A model generated the notes under the pieces. It did no database searches. It worked only from the letters and a program-made list of their open reading frames with translations, and was not told the DNA's origin. From a virus (taxonomy: Duplodnaviria > Caudoviricetes): a stretch of 64,000 bases of DNA. Numbering within the stretch: position 1 is the first letter of the stretch; each line of letters opens with the position of its first letter. Below are positions 7,605 to 16,818 of this stretch, one piece after another. The DNA lies in the IMG/VR virus record IMGVR_UViG_2898615884_000001, positions 1-64,000 of that record; one strand, given 5' to 3'. The position numbers and the translations under genes are program-made.

Positions 7605-8633
7605 TCAGGGGCTGCAGGTGATGTTGGAATACGCGGCGCCGGTCACGGCCTGCCCGCACCGCACGACGTTGTAGGTGGTCGAGGCGTCATGCACCCAGAA
7701 CCCGTCCCGGGCGCCGGGCCCGATCACCGCGCTGTTGCCGGCCAGCTCGTTGCGCAACCCCCAGTCGCCCAGCCCGAGCTTGAGCAGCTTGTTGTGGTGG
7801 ACCTGGTAGCCGTCATGGCCGTCGCCGCCCGGCACCCCGGTGCAGGTGTTGCCCTGGACGAGACCGTCGTTGCCCTTGACGTCCACGCAGGAGTCGCCGC
7901 CGGAATCTGTCAGCGCTCCGCCATCGAGGGCGTTCCCGGTGACCTGCGTGCCGGTGGTGCCCTCCTTCACGTCGACCGGCTCGGCCGTCGTCGCGTAGAC
8001 CGTGTTGCCCTGCACGACGTTGCGGTCCGAGGCGTCCGGCGCGCCGCCGGTGTAGACCGACCAATTCCCGTTCGCCGACCCGACGTACACGCCCTCGCCG
8101 AACTTGTCACGCCGCAGGCCCGTGTGATGCAGCGCGTTACCCGCCACCAGCGAGTCGGTCGTGAACGCCCGCAGGTGGACGGCCTCGTCACCGACATCGT
8201 GGACAGTGTTGGACACGATCTCCACGTGCGCGGAGTGGTCGACAATGATGCCCTTGGCCGCCCAGGTCACCGTCAGCCCGCGCACCCGCCACCACGACGC
8301 GCCGTCCAGGTGCAGCCCGTACCCGCCGGTCGGGCCGTCGTTGGTCAGCGTCGCGTCCTGCCCGCACAGCCAGATCGGCGCCGCCTCGGTGCCGGGGGTG
8401 GTCGCGGTCCAGTTCCCGTCGTAGGTGCCGGCCGCGACCGCGATGGAGTCGCCCGGCTGCGCGTTCGCGAGCGCGGCGGCGAGCTGCGCTGGGGTCGCGG
8501 CGGTGACGGTCGCGTCCGGGCAGCCGCTGTCGCCGCGCGCCGACGGCACACCGAGCGGCCACGCGACCGTCACGGCGAGCGCCGCGGCAGCGAGCGCCAG
8601 CGCAGCCGCGCCCGCGCGGAAGCCTGTGACCAA
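7605..8633 (-). CDS. Secreted right-handed parallel beta-helix protein (polysaccharide lyase-like)
   Basis: N-terminal signal peptide; motifs GGYGLHLDGASWW, GEGVYVGSA, VDVKEGT, DSCVDVKGND. Confidence 0.85.
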   Translation of the reverse strand: MVTGFRAGAAALALAAAALAVTVAWPLGVPSARGDSGCPDATVTAATPAQLAAALANAQPGDSIAVAAGTYDGNWTATTPGTEAAPIWLCGQDATLTNDGPTGGYGLHLDGASWWRVRGLTVTWAAKGIIVDHSAHVEIVSNTVHDVGDEAVHLRAFTTDSLVAGNALHHTGLRRDKFGEGVYVGSANGNWSVYTGGAPDASDRNVVQGNTVYATTAEPVDVKEGTTGTQVTGNALDGGALTDSGGDSCVDVKGNDGLVQGNTCTGVPGGDGHDGYQVHHNKLLKLGLGDWGLRNELAGNSAVIGPGARDGFWVHDASTTYNVVRCGQAVTGAAYSNITCSP

Positions 8634-8758
8634 GGAGAACCTCCGGAAACGACGAAGCCCCAGCCAGTGCGCTGGGGCCGATGAGCTAACAGGGAAGGGA
8701 GGGCTCGGACGGGGACGGCGAGCGTCGCGCGCCCGGCCCGGACGCCGGAGACGGAGGG

Positions 8759-9691
8759 TCAGGACGCCAGACGCGCCTGAATCTCGTCCACGACCTTCGT
8801 GGCCATGCCCGCCGGGAACGCCTCCACCACCGCCCTGCCGATGCTCTCCGGCGTCAGGCCAGCCAGCACCAGACGAGCGACCTCCGCCTCATCCACATCC
8901 AGGGACTGCTGCGCCAACTGCGCCACCCCGGCCTTGATCTCCAACGCCCGCGAGTAGATCTCGCGCAGCAGGTTGTCCGGACGCCAGGTCGGGTTACCGG
9001 TCGGGTCGACCCCCGCCGGCGCCGCGACCTTGTCCTGCTGGAGGACGAGCTTGAACAGGTTGTCGGTCAGCCACTTCTTGTCGTCGCTGCTGAGTGCCAC
9101 GTCGGGGTCCTCTCCGACCATCCACTGGCCGTAGTCGTCTTTCACGGCGCGGTCGTAGTCGAGGCCGACGCCATTGATCCGTTCGTCGTTGGAGTACTGC
9201 TGGAGCTGCGCGCGCGAGTCCCACCGGCCGCCCGACCACGCGTACGTCTGCCACCCGAACGTGATCTTCTCCGCGTCGAACGCCCGCTTGATCGGCCCAT
9301 AGCCTGCGTACATGCCGACCCGCTCTCGCCCGATCACGGACGCGGCGCCGTCGAGGTAGGCGTTGATCGTCGCCTGCTGGCCCGTGCTCGCGTCCCAGTC
9401 GACGGCGAAGTAGATCGGCCGGCCGTCCGGCATCCCGCACGCGCGCGCCTGCGCTTCCGCCGCCCGCGCGTCCGCCGCGCCCCCGGCCCGCCCCGACAGC
9501 GCGCGGGACGCCGTGGTCTCCCACACCACCACCAGCCAGATCCCGGCCGCCGACAGCTCCTCGGCCTCCCCACGCGTCAAGTTCTTCCCGGCATCCCGCG
9601 ACAGGTAGCGGCAGGCGAACCGCACCCCCGCCTTCCGCAGCGCCGCGACGCCCGGGTGGCTCCAGGCGTAGTCCACGCCGAAGACGCTCAT
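8759..9691 (-). CDS. Endolysin, DUF1906/GH25-like glycoside hydrolase with C-terminal helical domain
   Basis: FGVDY...FACRYLS...KNLTRGEAEELSAAGIWLVVVWE...WQTYAWS...LQQYSN...LDYD; ATGA overlap at 9688-9691. Confidence 0.9.
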   Translation of the reverse strand: MSVFGVDYAWSHPGVAALRKAGVRFACRYLSRDAGKNLTRGEAEELSAAGIWLVVVWETTASRALSGRAGGAADARAAEAQARACGMPDGRPIYFAVDWDASTGQQATINAYLDGAASVIGRERVGMYAGYGPIKRAFDAEKITFGWQTYAWSGGRWDSRAQLQQYSNDERINGVGLDYDRAVKDDYGQWMVGEDPDVALSSDDKKWLTDNLFKLVLQQDKVAAPAGVDPTGNPTWRPDNLLREIYSRALEIKAGVAQLAQQSLDVDEAEVARLVLAGLTPESIGRAVVEAFPAGMATKVVDEIQARLAS

Positions 9692-10017
9692 CGGCTCTCC
9701 TCCCACGGAAACTTCACCAGGTCAGGCACCGGCGGCGGGTCCACCCCGTTCCGCCGCATCACCGTCATGCACAGCTGCAGGTAGTCCATCGCCCCCCGCA
9801 GGCGGAACCGCAACTCGTCGGTCTCCTTGCGGGCCTCACTGACCGCCTTCCGCAGATCCGCGACCTCCTCTTGCAGGTCATCGGTGAGCGCGGCACGATC
9901 GGCGTGCTTTTGCACCCGTGTCGCCTGCCGGAACGCGAACCAGCCCGCGACCAGCGCCGGGACACCCGCGATGCCCGCCGCGATCGCACCCTGCGCCAGA
10001 GTCCCCGACACGCTCAC
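9688..10017 (-). CDS. Lysis-cassette protein, single TM helix plus coiled coil
   Basis: One N-terminal TM, heptad region, PPPVP tail; GTGA overlap. Confidence 0.7.
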   Translation of the reverse strand: MSVSGTLAQGAIAAGIAGVPALVAGWFAFRQATRVQKHADRAALTDDLQEEVADLRKAVSEARKETDELRFRLRGAMDYLQLCMTVMRRNGVDPPPVPDLVKFPWEESR

Positions 10018-10430
10018 GGGCGATCCCACTCCTCAGTCCACGTGGAGATCACCGCGACGAACCCGGCGAACGTCAGCCAGATCAGGGCCGACAACCATCC
10101 CCGAGGGCTCGTGCCGGCTATCCAGCCGATCAGCGCCACCGTCCCCCACAGCACTTTCATCGCCACGGCCACGGTGAACGCCAGCCGGTCCCTCCGCGCG
10201 AACGCTTGGGCGGCGCACAGCAGCCCGGTCAGCAGCCACAGCACCGCCCACACCTGCCACGGCGCGACCACCTCGTATCCAGCGCGGGTCGCGGCGGGCT
10301 GCCCGGCCAGACCGATCGGGTAGAGCAGGTCCAGCAGGGCCAGGAACAACAGGGCGATGCCGCGCTTCCCGACCCGGTGCCACAACCGTTGCAGCATGCA
10401 GGTCACACGCCCTTCGCCCTGCCGGTTCAC
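10014..10430 (-). CDS. 4-TM membrane protein, holin-like
   Basis: Four hydrophobic segments, immediately upstream of the endolysin. Confidence 0.7.
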   Translation of the reverse strand: MNRQGEGRVTCMLQRLWHRVGKRGIALLFLALLDLLYPIGLAGQPAATRAGYEVVAPWQVWAVLWLLTGLLCAAQAFARRDRLAFTVAVAMKVLWGTVALIGWIAGTSPRGWLSALIWLTFAGFVAVISTWTEEWDRP

Positions 10431-13033
10431 AGCGGCACGCCCCAGCCGATCTGCCGCTTGATCCCGAACGAGAAATCGGCGCGCTGCGCCACCACCCCGC
10501 CAGAGATCCCCAGGTACCGCACGACGATCTGTGTGCCGTTGTCCAGGACGTCGAACCAGCCGTACTGCTGGCTTTTGGTCGCGGTCGTCGGCGGGTCCGG
10601 TACAACACCGCCGGTGAGGCCGCCGTTGCCGATGAAGGTGGTCTGGTCCAGCGGGCTCACGCTGACCAGCGGGAACCGGCCCTGCACATGCGACCCGTCG
10701 TCATAGCTCAGCGCGTGGACGTCACCGTGCACGTACAGCAGCGGAACCTGGTGCGCGGTGATGTAGTCGGCGAGCTCGGCGCGCTCGGTCGCGTACGCCG
10801 ACCACGTGTCGTCCCCGGTGAACGTGGAGGCGTTGTGCCAGGCGTCCTCGTGCAGCCACACCACCAGCCCCACCCCGGCCGTGACCACCTGGCTCTTCCA
10901 CCACGCCTTCTGCGTGGCGCCGAGCTTGGTCTTGGACGAGGTGTCCGGGTCGGTGATCGGGTCCATGTAGGACCGGCCGTCGGTCATCACGAACAGGACG
11001 CGGCCGATCTGCCAGGACTGGTAGATCCCCACCCCGTCGCCCGGCAGCGCATGCGAGGGGAACAGCCGTCGGTAGACCGCCTGCACCGCTGGTGCGGCAG
11101 GGCAGTCGGCGGCGACGTTCTGTCCGCCGAAATCGTGGTCGGACCAGGTGTAGGCGAGCGGGCTCGCGGCGTAGAGGGCCTGCTGGTTGGCCTGGCCGAG
11201 GGCGTTGAGCCACGCGCCCAGCGCCCACGCGTCATCGTCGACACCGATGTCCTGGTAGTGCATGTCGCCCAAGTGCACGAACATGCGGGCGGGCAGTCCG
11301 GTCGGGCCGGTCCGCGCGGCGGCGTCGCTGAAGCTCGCGGCGTTGGAGTTATTGTCCGCGCATGACGCCGCACCGAACGAGAACGACGACGCCGTGCCCA
11401 CCGTCGGCAGCGTCCGGAACGTCGAGACGTGTGCGGTGTCCAGCGTCCCGTCCAGCTCGACACCCCAGTAGTAGGTCGTGTCCGCAGACAGCCCGGTGAA
11501 CGTGCCGGTGATGATGCCGTCCCGGTCCGGCGCGGCCGCCGAGGTGTAGGTCGGGGAGGTCAGCGACGGGCTCGCCGACCGCGCGAACCGCACGCTCGAA
11601 CAGAACTTCGTCACCGCCGACACCTTCACGGCCGACGAGGTCACCCCGCCCGTCAGCCGCCCGAGCAGCTGCGGAGGCTGCGCGGTGCCATACGACGGCG
11701 GCGCGACCGCGACGAGCAGCCCCGCCGCCGAGCCCGCATCCGGCGACACCGCCGCCGTCTTCGTCCCCGACGACCCGGCCGAGGCGAGCTGCTGCGTGGC
11801 GACCTCCAGATACGCGGCCGCCGTCCCCGTCACGATCGGGACGCCCTTGACCTCGGTCATCCCCGACGGCGTGGACGCCACCGCCGGAGTCGTGGACGAC
11901 GACGTCGTCGCGAACGCACCGATCAGCAGCGCCGCCGGCCCCACCACCGTGGTCGCCGGAGCGACGATGCTCGACACCCCCGCCCCGGTCGCCGCGCCGT
12001 TGGAGTCGTAGGGGCCGTGCGCCGCGCTCGGCGGTGCCGCGCCCGTCACCCGGAACACCACCGCCGCGCCCCGCGCGCTGCCGTTCGGCGACCGCCAGGT
12101 GTAGAAGTCCGGCTCCGTTGCGGCCGAGGTCACATACCGCCAGTACACCGCCAGCAGGCAGCCGCTGGTGTAAGCGCCCGGGAAAACCGTCCACCCCGGC
12201 GGGACCGTCGCAAAGATGTTCCCGGCGTTGCGGTGGAACACCACCCCGACCAGCAGGTCACCGTCCGCGACCGCGACCGGCTTGGGCACCCTCAGCGTCG
12301 GCGCCGACGACACCGTCACGCTGGAGACGTCGTTCGTCGTGGTGTGCGCGACCGGTGAGCTGGGCGGCGGCGCCACCGACCCCGGCTTGAGCGTGAACAT
12401 GAACCCGGCGGCGTTCGCCCCCGCAGGCGATACCGTCGCGGTACGGGTGCCGGTCGAGCCCGATGCCGACAGGGTCTCGTAGGCGACCAGGTGGGTCGTG
12501 CTGTTGGTGCCGGTGGTGACGTTCCAGCCGCCGACGTTGGTCATGCTGCCGGGCTTGGTCACCGTGGTCGGCGTGCCGGACGCGATGTAGGAGGAGAAGA
12601 TCGCGATGAGCAGCGCCTCGGACGACACGGCCGTGACCGCGGGGTCCACGATCGTGGTGGTGCCCGTCCCCACCCCGCTCCCGGACGCGTCGATCGGGGT
12701 GGTGCCGTCCACCCCGGTGGCGCGGAAGATCAGCGCACCGATCCGGCCCGCGCCGCCCGCCAAGTGCCAGGAGTAGTTCGTCGCGGTCTCGGCCGCCGCG
12801 GAGGGGATGGGTTTGGTGAACACGCTGGTGGTGCGGGTCGCGTTGTACTGCGCGCCCAGCGTCCACCCCGCCGGGACCGTGTCCCAGGTGGACGCGACCG
12901 TGGAGTTGAGGATCGCGACGAGCACGTCCCCGTCCGCGACGTTCGCGGGCTTGGAGACGGTGATGTTGCCGTTGTTCGGGTCGGTCGCGGTGGTGACGTC
13001 ACCGGCAGCGGTGTGCGCGACGGGAGCGGCCAT
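10427..13033 (-). CDS. Tail fibre/minor tail protein with two repeated beta domains fused to a PhoD-type phosphoesterase
   Basis: Two related N-terminal domains (KP..VADGD.LV...VP.GWT); C-terminal motifs FGAASC, FVHLGDMHYQD, WSDHDFG, DGRSY, LGATQKAW, HGDVHA; TGATG coupling at 13033. Confidence 0.85.
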   Translation of the reverse strand: MAAPVAHTAAGDVTTATDPNNGNITVSKPANVADGDVLVAILNSTVASTWDTVPAGWTLGAQYNATRTTSVFTKPIPSAAAETATNYSWHLAGGAGRIGALIFRATGVDGTTPIDASGSGVGTGTTTIVDPAVTAVSSEALLIAIFSSYIASGTPTTVTKPGSMTNVGGWNVTTGTNSTTHLVAYETLSASGSTGTRTATVSPAGANAAGFMFTLKPGSVAPPPSSPVAHTTTNDVSSVTVSSAPTLRVPKPVAVADGDLLVGVVFHRNAGNIFATVPPGWTVFPGAYTSGCLLAVYWRYVTSAATEPDFYTWRSPNGSARGAAVVFRVTGAAPPSAAHGPYDSNGAATGAGVSSIVAPATTVVGPAALLIGAFATTSSSTTPAVASTPSGMTEVKGVPIVTGTAAAYLEVATQQLASAGSSGTKTAAVSPDAGSAAGLLVAVAPPSYGTAQPPQLLGRLTGGVTSSAVKVSAVTKFCSSVRFARSASPSLTSPTYTSAAAPDRDGIITGTFTGLSADTTYYWGVELDGTLDTAHVSTFRTLPTVGTASSFSFGAASCADNNSNAASFSDAAARTGPTGLPARMFVHLGDMHYQDIGVDDDAWALGAWLNALGQANQQALYAASPLAYTWSDHDFGGQNVAADCPAAPAVQAVYRRLFPSHALPGDGVGIYQSWQIGRVLFVMTDGRSYMDPITDPDTSSKTKLGATQKAWWKSQVVTAGVGLVVWLHEDAWHNASTFTGDDTWSAYATERAELADYITAHQVPLLYVHGDVHALSYDDGSHVQGRFPLVSVSPLDQTTFIGNGGLTGGVVPDPPTTATKSQQYGWFDVLDNGTQIVVRYLGISGGVVAQRADFSFGIKRQIGWGVPL

Positions 13034-13797
13034 CAGGTCGAGGGGATCGTCACGGTCAGATCGCTGCCGGGCGTGGTCGTCCCGACCTGGTCGATGTCGA
13101 CGGTCAGGTACTCGCCCGCCGCCCACGTCGCGACATCCGGGACGCCGCCCGTCCCGGTCACCTGCCCGGCCGCGATCGTCGGCCGGTTGGCCTGCGTGGT
13201 GTAGATCGTCGTCCCGCTCTTGTGGACGTCGATGATGAGTGACTGCCCGGCGGGGCCGGTGGCGGCCGAGGCGCGGACGGTCCCGATCGTCAGCGCGCGG
13301 CCGGTGTCGTTGTAGATCCGGCCGGTGCCGGTGCGGACCGACAGGATCCCGGTGTAGGAGAACGGCAAGATCGACGGGGCGCCGCCGGAGGCGTGCGCGA
13401 GCACATAGTCCTGCGACGCGGCCGGCGAGTCGTCAGACAGCCGCAGTTCCCCCTCCATTGACCCGCCGGCGAGGTCGAGCTTGCCGTCCAGTGTGTCGCC
13501 CAGGTCGGTGGCGGTCAGCTTGTACCGGGTGCCGACGCCCCCCTCCACCCACAGGGCTGTGATGCCGTCCGGGCCGGAGAACTCGGGGATCGTGCCCTCC
13601 GGGTAGGTGCCGCCGTCCCCGGAGGTGATGATGGTGATGGCGCCGCCGCCGGAATCCAGGAGGTCGGTGTACTGGGTGCCGCCGGTCACCGCCGACCACG
13701 CCGTCAGCTCCACGCCACTGGCCAGGACCGGGATGTCGCCGGGACCGACCTCGAACGTCCAGTCGGCCGAGGACTGCCCGAACTTATGCCGCGCCAT
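13033..13797 (-). CDS. Minor tail protein
   Basis: Position after the tail hub genes; IPEFSGPDG motif; Gly/Thr-rich. Confidence 0.7.
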   Translation of the reverse strand: MARHKFGQSSADWTFEVGPGDIPVLASGVELTAWSAVTGGTQYTDLLDSGGGAITIITSGDGGTYPEGTIPEFSGPDGITALWVEGGVGTRYKLTATDLGDTLDGKLDLAGGSMEGELRLSDDSPAASQDYVLAHASGGAPSILPFSYTGILSVRTGTGRIYNDTGRALTIGTVRASAATGPAGQSLIIDVHKSGTTIYTTQANRPTIAAGQVTGTGGVPDVATWAAGEYLTVDIDQVGTTTPGSDLTVTIPST

Positions 13798-13813
13798 CAG
13801 CCCACGCCCCCCA

Positions 13814-14716
13814 CTAGTTGATGAACCAGTCGCCGGATGCCTGGATGGTCCGGGTCGCAGGGATGTCTGCCGTGATCGCGATCACCCGCACCTCGCCGGA
13901 CGGATCGAGTTTCACCACCACCGGGGACCGGGAGTGATAGCCGAAGATCGTTTCGGTTTGGGTAGGTCGGAACCCGACCGGCAGGATCGATACGGCGGAC
14001 CCGTCATCGCTGGTCGGTAGGGAACCGGCGTCGCGGCGGATCGAACCACGCATGTGCACGATCCCGCCGGTGACGCGCCTCACACGGAGGTTGTTGTTCA
14101 GCGTCCAGGCGTGCCCGTCCGCGCCGTTGAGCGTCAGGTAGACCCAGCCCGTGTCCTCCAGCAGCGCGACCCAGATCGAGCCGGTGAATTTGATGTGCCG
14201 GTCGGTGTCGACCTCATAGGCGATCATCCCCATCGTCGGGTTCGCCGGGCGGACGGCTGAGGTGCACGGCACGACCGGCGACCCACGGAACGGCCGCAGG
14301 TCGATGAGGTTCACGATCGCGCCGGCTGGGGTCTTCTGCCAGGTCGCGAGCGGGACGTCCCAGGTGCCGGTGTCGTTCTGCGTGATCGCCGTCCCGGCCA
14401 GCACCCGGGAGTACACGCCGGGGGTGTGCGCGGAGTCAAAGGTCGCTACGGCGTAGTCGGTGCGGTTGGAGCCGCCTCCGTTCGCCGCGACGGTCAGGTT
14501 CAGCGGCCCGCCCGTCAGCTCATACAGCGCGCCCTGAAACACGCCTCGCCCGTTGGCGATGTTGATCGACGTCCCGCCGACCGCCGAGACCTGCAGCGAT
14601 GTCGACCCCCACGCCGCGTCGACATAGTCCGGGACCGGCCGGTTCCGTTTGCGGAACTCCAGCGACGAGCTGATCGCCGAGCCGTCGAACGGCTTGGCGG
14701 TCTCAACGGCAGCCAC
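13814..14716 (-). CDS. Minor tail protein
   Basis: Position; fibre-like C-terminus (LRVRRVTGGIVHMRG...LPVGFRP). Confidence 0.7.
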   Translation of the reverse strand: MAAVETAKPFDGSAISSSLEFRKRNRPVPDYVDAAWGSTSLQVSAVGGTSINIANGRGVFQGALYELTGGPLNLTVAANGGGSNRTDYAVATFDSAHTPGVYSRVLAGTAITQNDTGTWDVPLATWQKTPAGAIVNLIDLRPFRGSPVVPCTSAVRPANPTMGMIAYEVDTDRHIKFTGSIWVALLEDTGWVYLTLNGADGHAWTLNNNLRVRRVTGGIVHMRGSIRRDAGSLPTSDDGSAVSILPVGFRPTQTETIFGYHSRSPVVVKLDPSGEVRVIAITADIPATRTIQASGDWFIN

Positions 14717-14728
14717 GTCCGCCTCCCT

Positions 14729-15877
14729 TCACTGTTTGGCCTGCTGGGCGGTGACTTTCGCGGTGAGGTCGGCGAGTAGCTTGATAAGGCGGCGTGTCCC
14801 TGTCGCGGCGGCCGTCCCTACCGTCGACTTGCGGACCAGACCGTCGGGCACCGACCAGGTGACCGTCAGCCCGCGCAACACGTCGGTGACGCCCTCGACG
14901 GTGACGACGTCGCCGAGGAAGTAGTCCCGCCCGAACCGCAGCTCCCGGGTGTCGATCGCCTCGATCGTCAGGCTGCTCACCGGGCCGTCGTTGACGAGTT
15001 GCTGCGCGCCGGCCTGGTCCATCTCGTCCGTGCTCGCGGCGCTGGAGGAGTCCACGAACGTCTCGGTCCGCACGTGCCAGTCGGCGATCGCGTCGGTGTC
15101 GATGACCTGTCGGTACTGCCGCAGAGCGCCGTCGCCGGTGCCGCCGACGACCGCGACGGAGGTCTTGGGGGCCTCCTCAACGTGCTCGTAGGAGGTGAGG
15201 TTGCCCAGGTCGATCGCGAACCGCGCGGACGCCGACCGGTCTGCGGGGACGTAGGTCTGCAGTTCCAGGTTCCCCGCCGCGTTGAACAGCACCCTGAACC
15301 CCAGTCCTGCGGAGGTGGCGAGTGGGCCGATCAGGTCGGGCACCAGCGGGGTCATGCGGGCCGCGCCGATCACCGTCGACCCGAGCCCTGCGTCGGTTTC
15401 GATCACCAGGCCGGGGATCCGCCGGTCGACCAGCGCACCCGGCCCCGCGTTCAGGTTCACGTACTGCTTGATCACCGTCTCGCCGGCGCCGGTTCGGCGG
15501 TCGTAGTCGACGTTCTGCGAGCCCAGCGCGAGGCCGGGCGCGGGCCAGGCCAGCACCCTCAAGATCGTCTCGGCGGTCGACCCGTACGCGGTCAGCGTCC
15601 CGTCGAAGGTCTCGGAGTTGGAGCGGGTCTTCTTCAGCCCCAAAACCTGCCCGGCCAGGACCGGCTGGGTGCCGGTCATGATGTTGACCCAGCCGCCCTT
15701 CACCAACCTTGCGGCCTGCGCGGTACCGGCGGGCATGGTGAGCGTCCAGGCGCCGATGTCGTTGAACGCCGGCGTCAGCTCCAGCGCGGTGAGACGGTCG
15801 ATCTGCCCGGTCCGCGCCCGGTCCGCGTCGCGGACCTCGATCGTGTACGGCGACTCGCCGACCGGCAGGACCGGCAT
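14729..15877 (-). CDS. Siphovirus ReqiPepy6 Gp37-like tail hub protein
   Basis: FNDIGAWTLT, ELRFGRDYFLGDVVTV; follows Dit. Confidence 0.8.
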   Translation of the reverse strand: MPVLPVGESPYTIEVRDADRARTGQIDRLTALELTPAFNDIGAWTLTMPAGTAQAARLVKGGWVNIMTGTQPVLAGQVLGLKKTRSNSETFDGTLTAYGSTAETILRVLAWPAPGLALGSQNVDYDRRTGAGETVIKQYVNLNAGPGALVDRRIPGLVIETDAGLGSTVIGAARMTPLVPDLIGPLATSAGLGFRVLFNAAGNLELQTYVPADRSASARFAIDLGNLTSYEHVEEAPKTSVAVVGGTGDGALRQYRQVIDTDAIADWHVRTETFVDSSSAASTDEMDQAGAQQLVNDGPVSSLTIEAIDTRELRFGRDYFLGDVVTVEGVTDVLRGLTVTWSVPDGLVRKSTVGTAAATGTRRLIKLLADLTAKVTAQQAKQ

Positions 15878-16806
15878 CAGTCCGACTCGAAGCGAGGCCG
15901 GTAGGTCATCTGCGCGCGCGTCGCGGCCGTCGACCCGGTGACGTCCAACGTCAGGTCGTTCTCCAAGGGCGCGAGCGGCCACAGCTGGTAGCCCGCGCTG
16001 AGCTTGTCCCACCGGTTGACGCCGTTGCCGTCGACCACCGTGGTCGCTCCCGGGGTGGTGTCGATGGTGAGGGAGTCGGTGCCGGTCGCCGTCCAGGTGA
16101 TGGTGAGCGTCGCGCCGGTGGAGTCGTTGGTCAGCGTGATCGCATCGAACGGGCCGGTGAACTTCCAGATCGGATAGGCGTCCACGTCACCGGTATTGAT
16201 GACGGTGGAGGCGCCGAGGATGTGCGCCGCGCTGACGACCTCGTAGAAGGTGTCGGCGCCGGGGATCGGGATCTCGGTGCGGGTGACGGCGTCCGAGCCC
16301 CATTTCAGGGTCTGCTCGTCGCCGAACATGTACGGGTCATCGGCGGTGAACAGCAGCCCGTAGGTCATCGCGACCACGCCCCAGCCGCCCTTGCCCTCCT
16401 CGCCCTCCATCCCGCTGGCGTAGCGGGCGCGGATGGACCGGCGGGTCAGGTCCGGCTGGACCGTGGAGATCACGCACTCGCCCCGGCGCGGGGAGACCGC
16501 GCCGATCAGCGCCCGCCTGGTCGCGACCAGCTCCTCCCGCGAGCCGGCGCGGATCACGATGGGGATGAACAGGTCCCGCGCCGTGGCGCGGACACCCCGC
16601 CAGAACGAGCCGTCGACCGCCGGGGAGTCGTCCCGGTAGTGCTGATAGGTGGGCGCGTGGAACCCTTTGCGGCCGGCCTGCCGCCAGATCCCGCCAGTGC
16701 CGTCCAGCGGCCAGTCCCGCCCGGACGGGTCGGTGATCACCGTGACCGCAGGGCGGTAGGTCGGAGCCGGAGGTGTGACGACGGTGGGGCGGACGAGGAT
16801 CGGCAC
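15877..16806 (-). CDS. Distal tail protein (Dit)
   Basis: Directly after TMP; FTADDPY, NTGDVDAYPIWKFTGP, WPLAPLEN. Confidence 0.85.
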   Translation of the reverse strand: MPILVRPTVVTPPAPTYRPAVTVITDPSGRDWPLDGTGGIWRQAGRKGFHAPTYQHYRDDSPAVDGSFWRGVRATARDLFIPIVIRAGSREELVATRRALIGAVSPRRGECVISTVQPDLTRRSIRARYASGMEGEEGKGGWGVVAMTYGLLFTADDPYMFGDEQTLKWGSDAVTRTEIPIPGADTFYEVVSAAHILGASTVINTGDVDAYPIWKFTGPFDAITLTNDSTGATLTITWTATGTDSLTIDTTPGATTVVDGNGVNRWDKLSAGYQLWPLAPLENDLTLDVTGSTAATRAQMTYRPRFESD

Positions 16807-16818
16807 CGGCTACACCCC

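Noticed and set aside
10427-13033. phoD as a phosphate-scavenging auxiliary metabolic gene
   Set aside because: No Tat/Sec signal, fused to fibre-like domains and coupled within the tail operon
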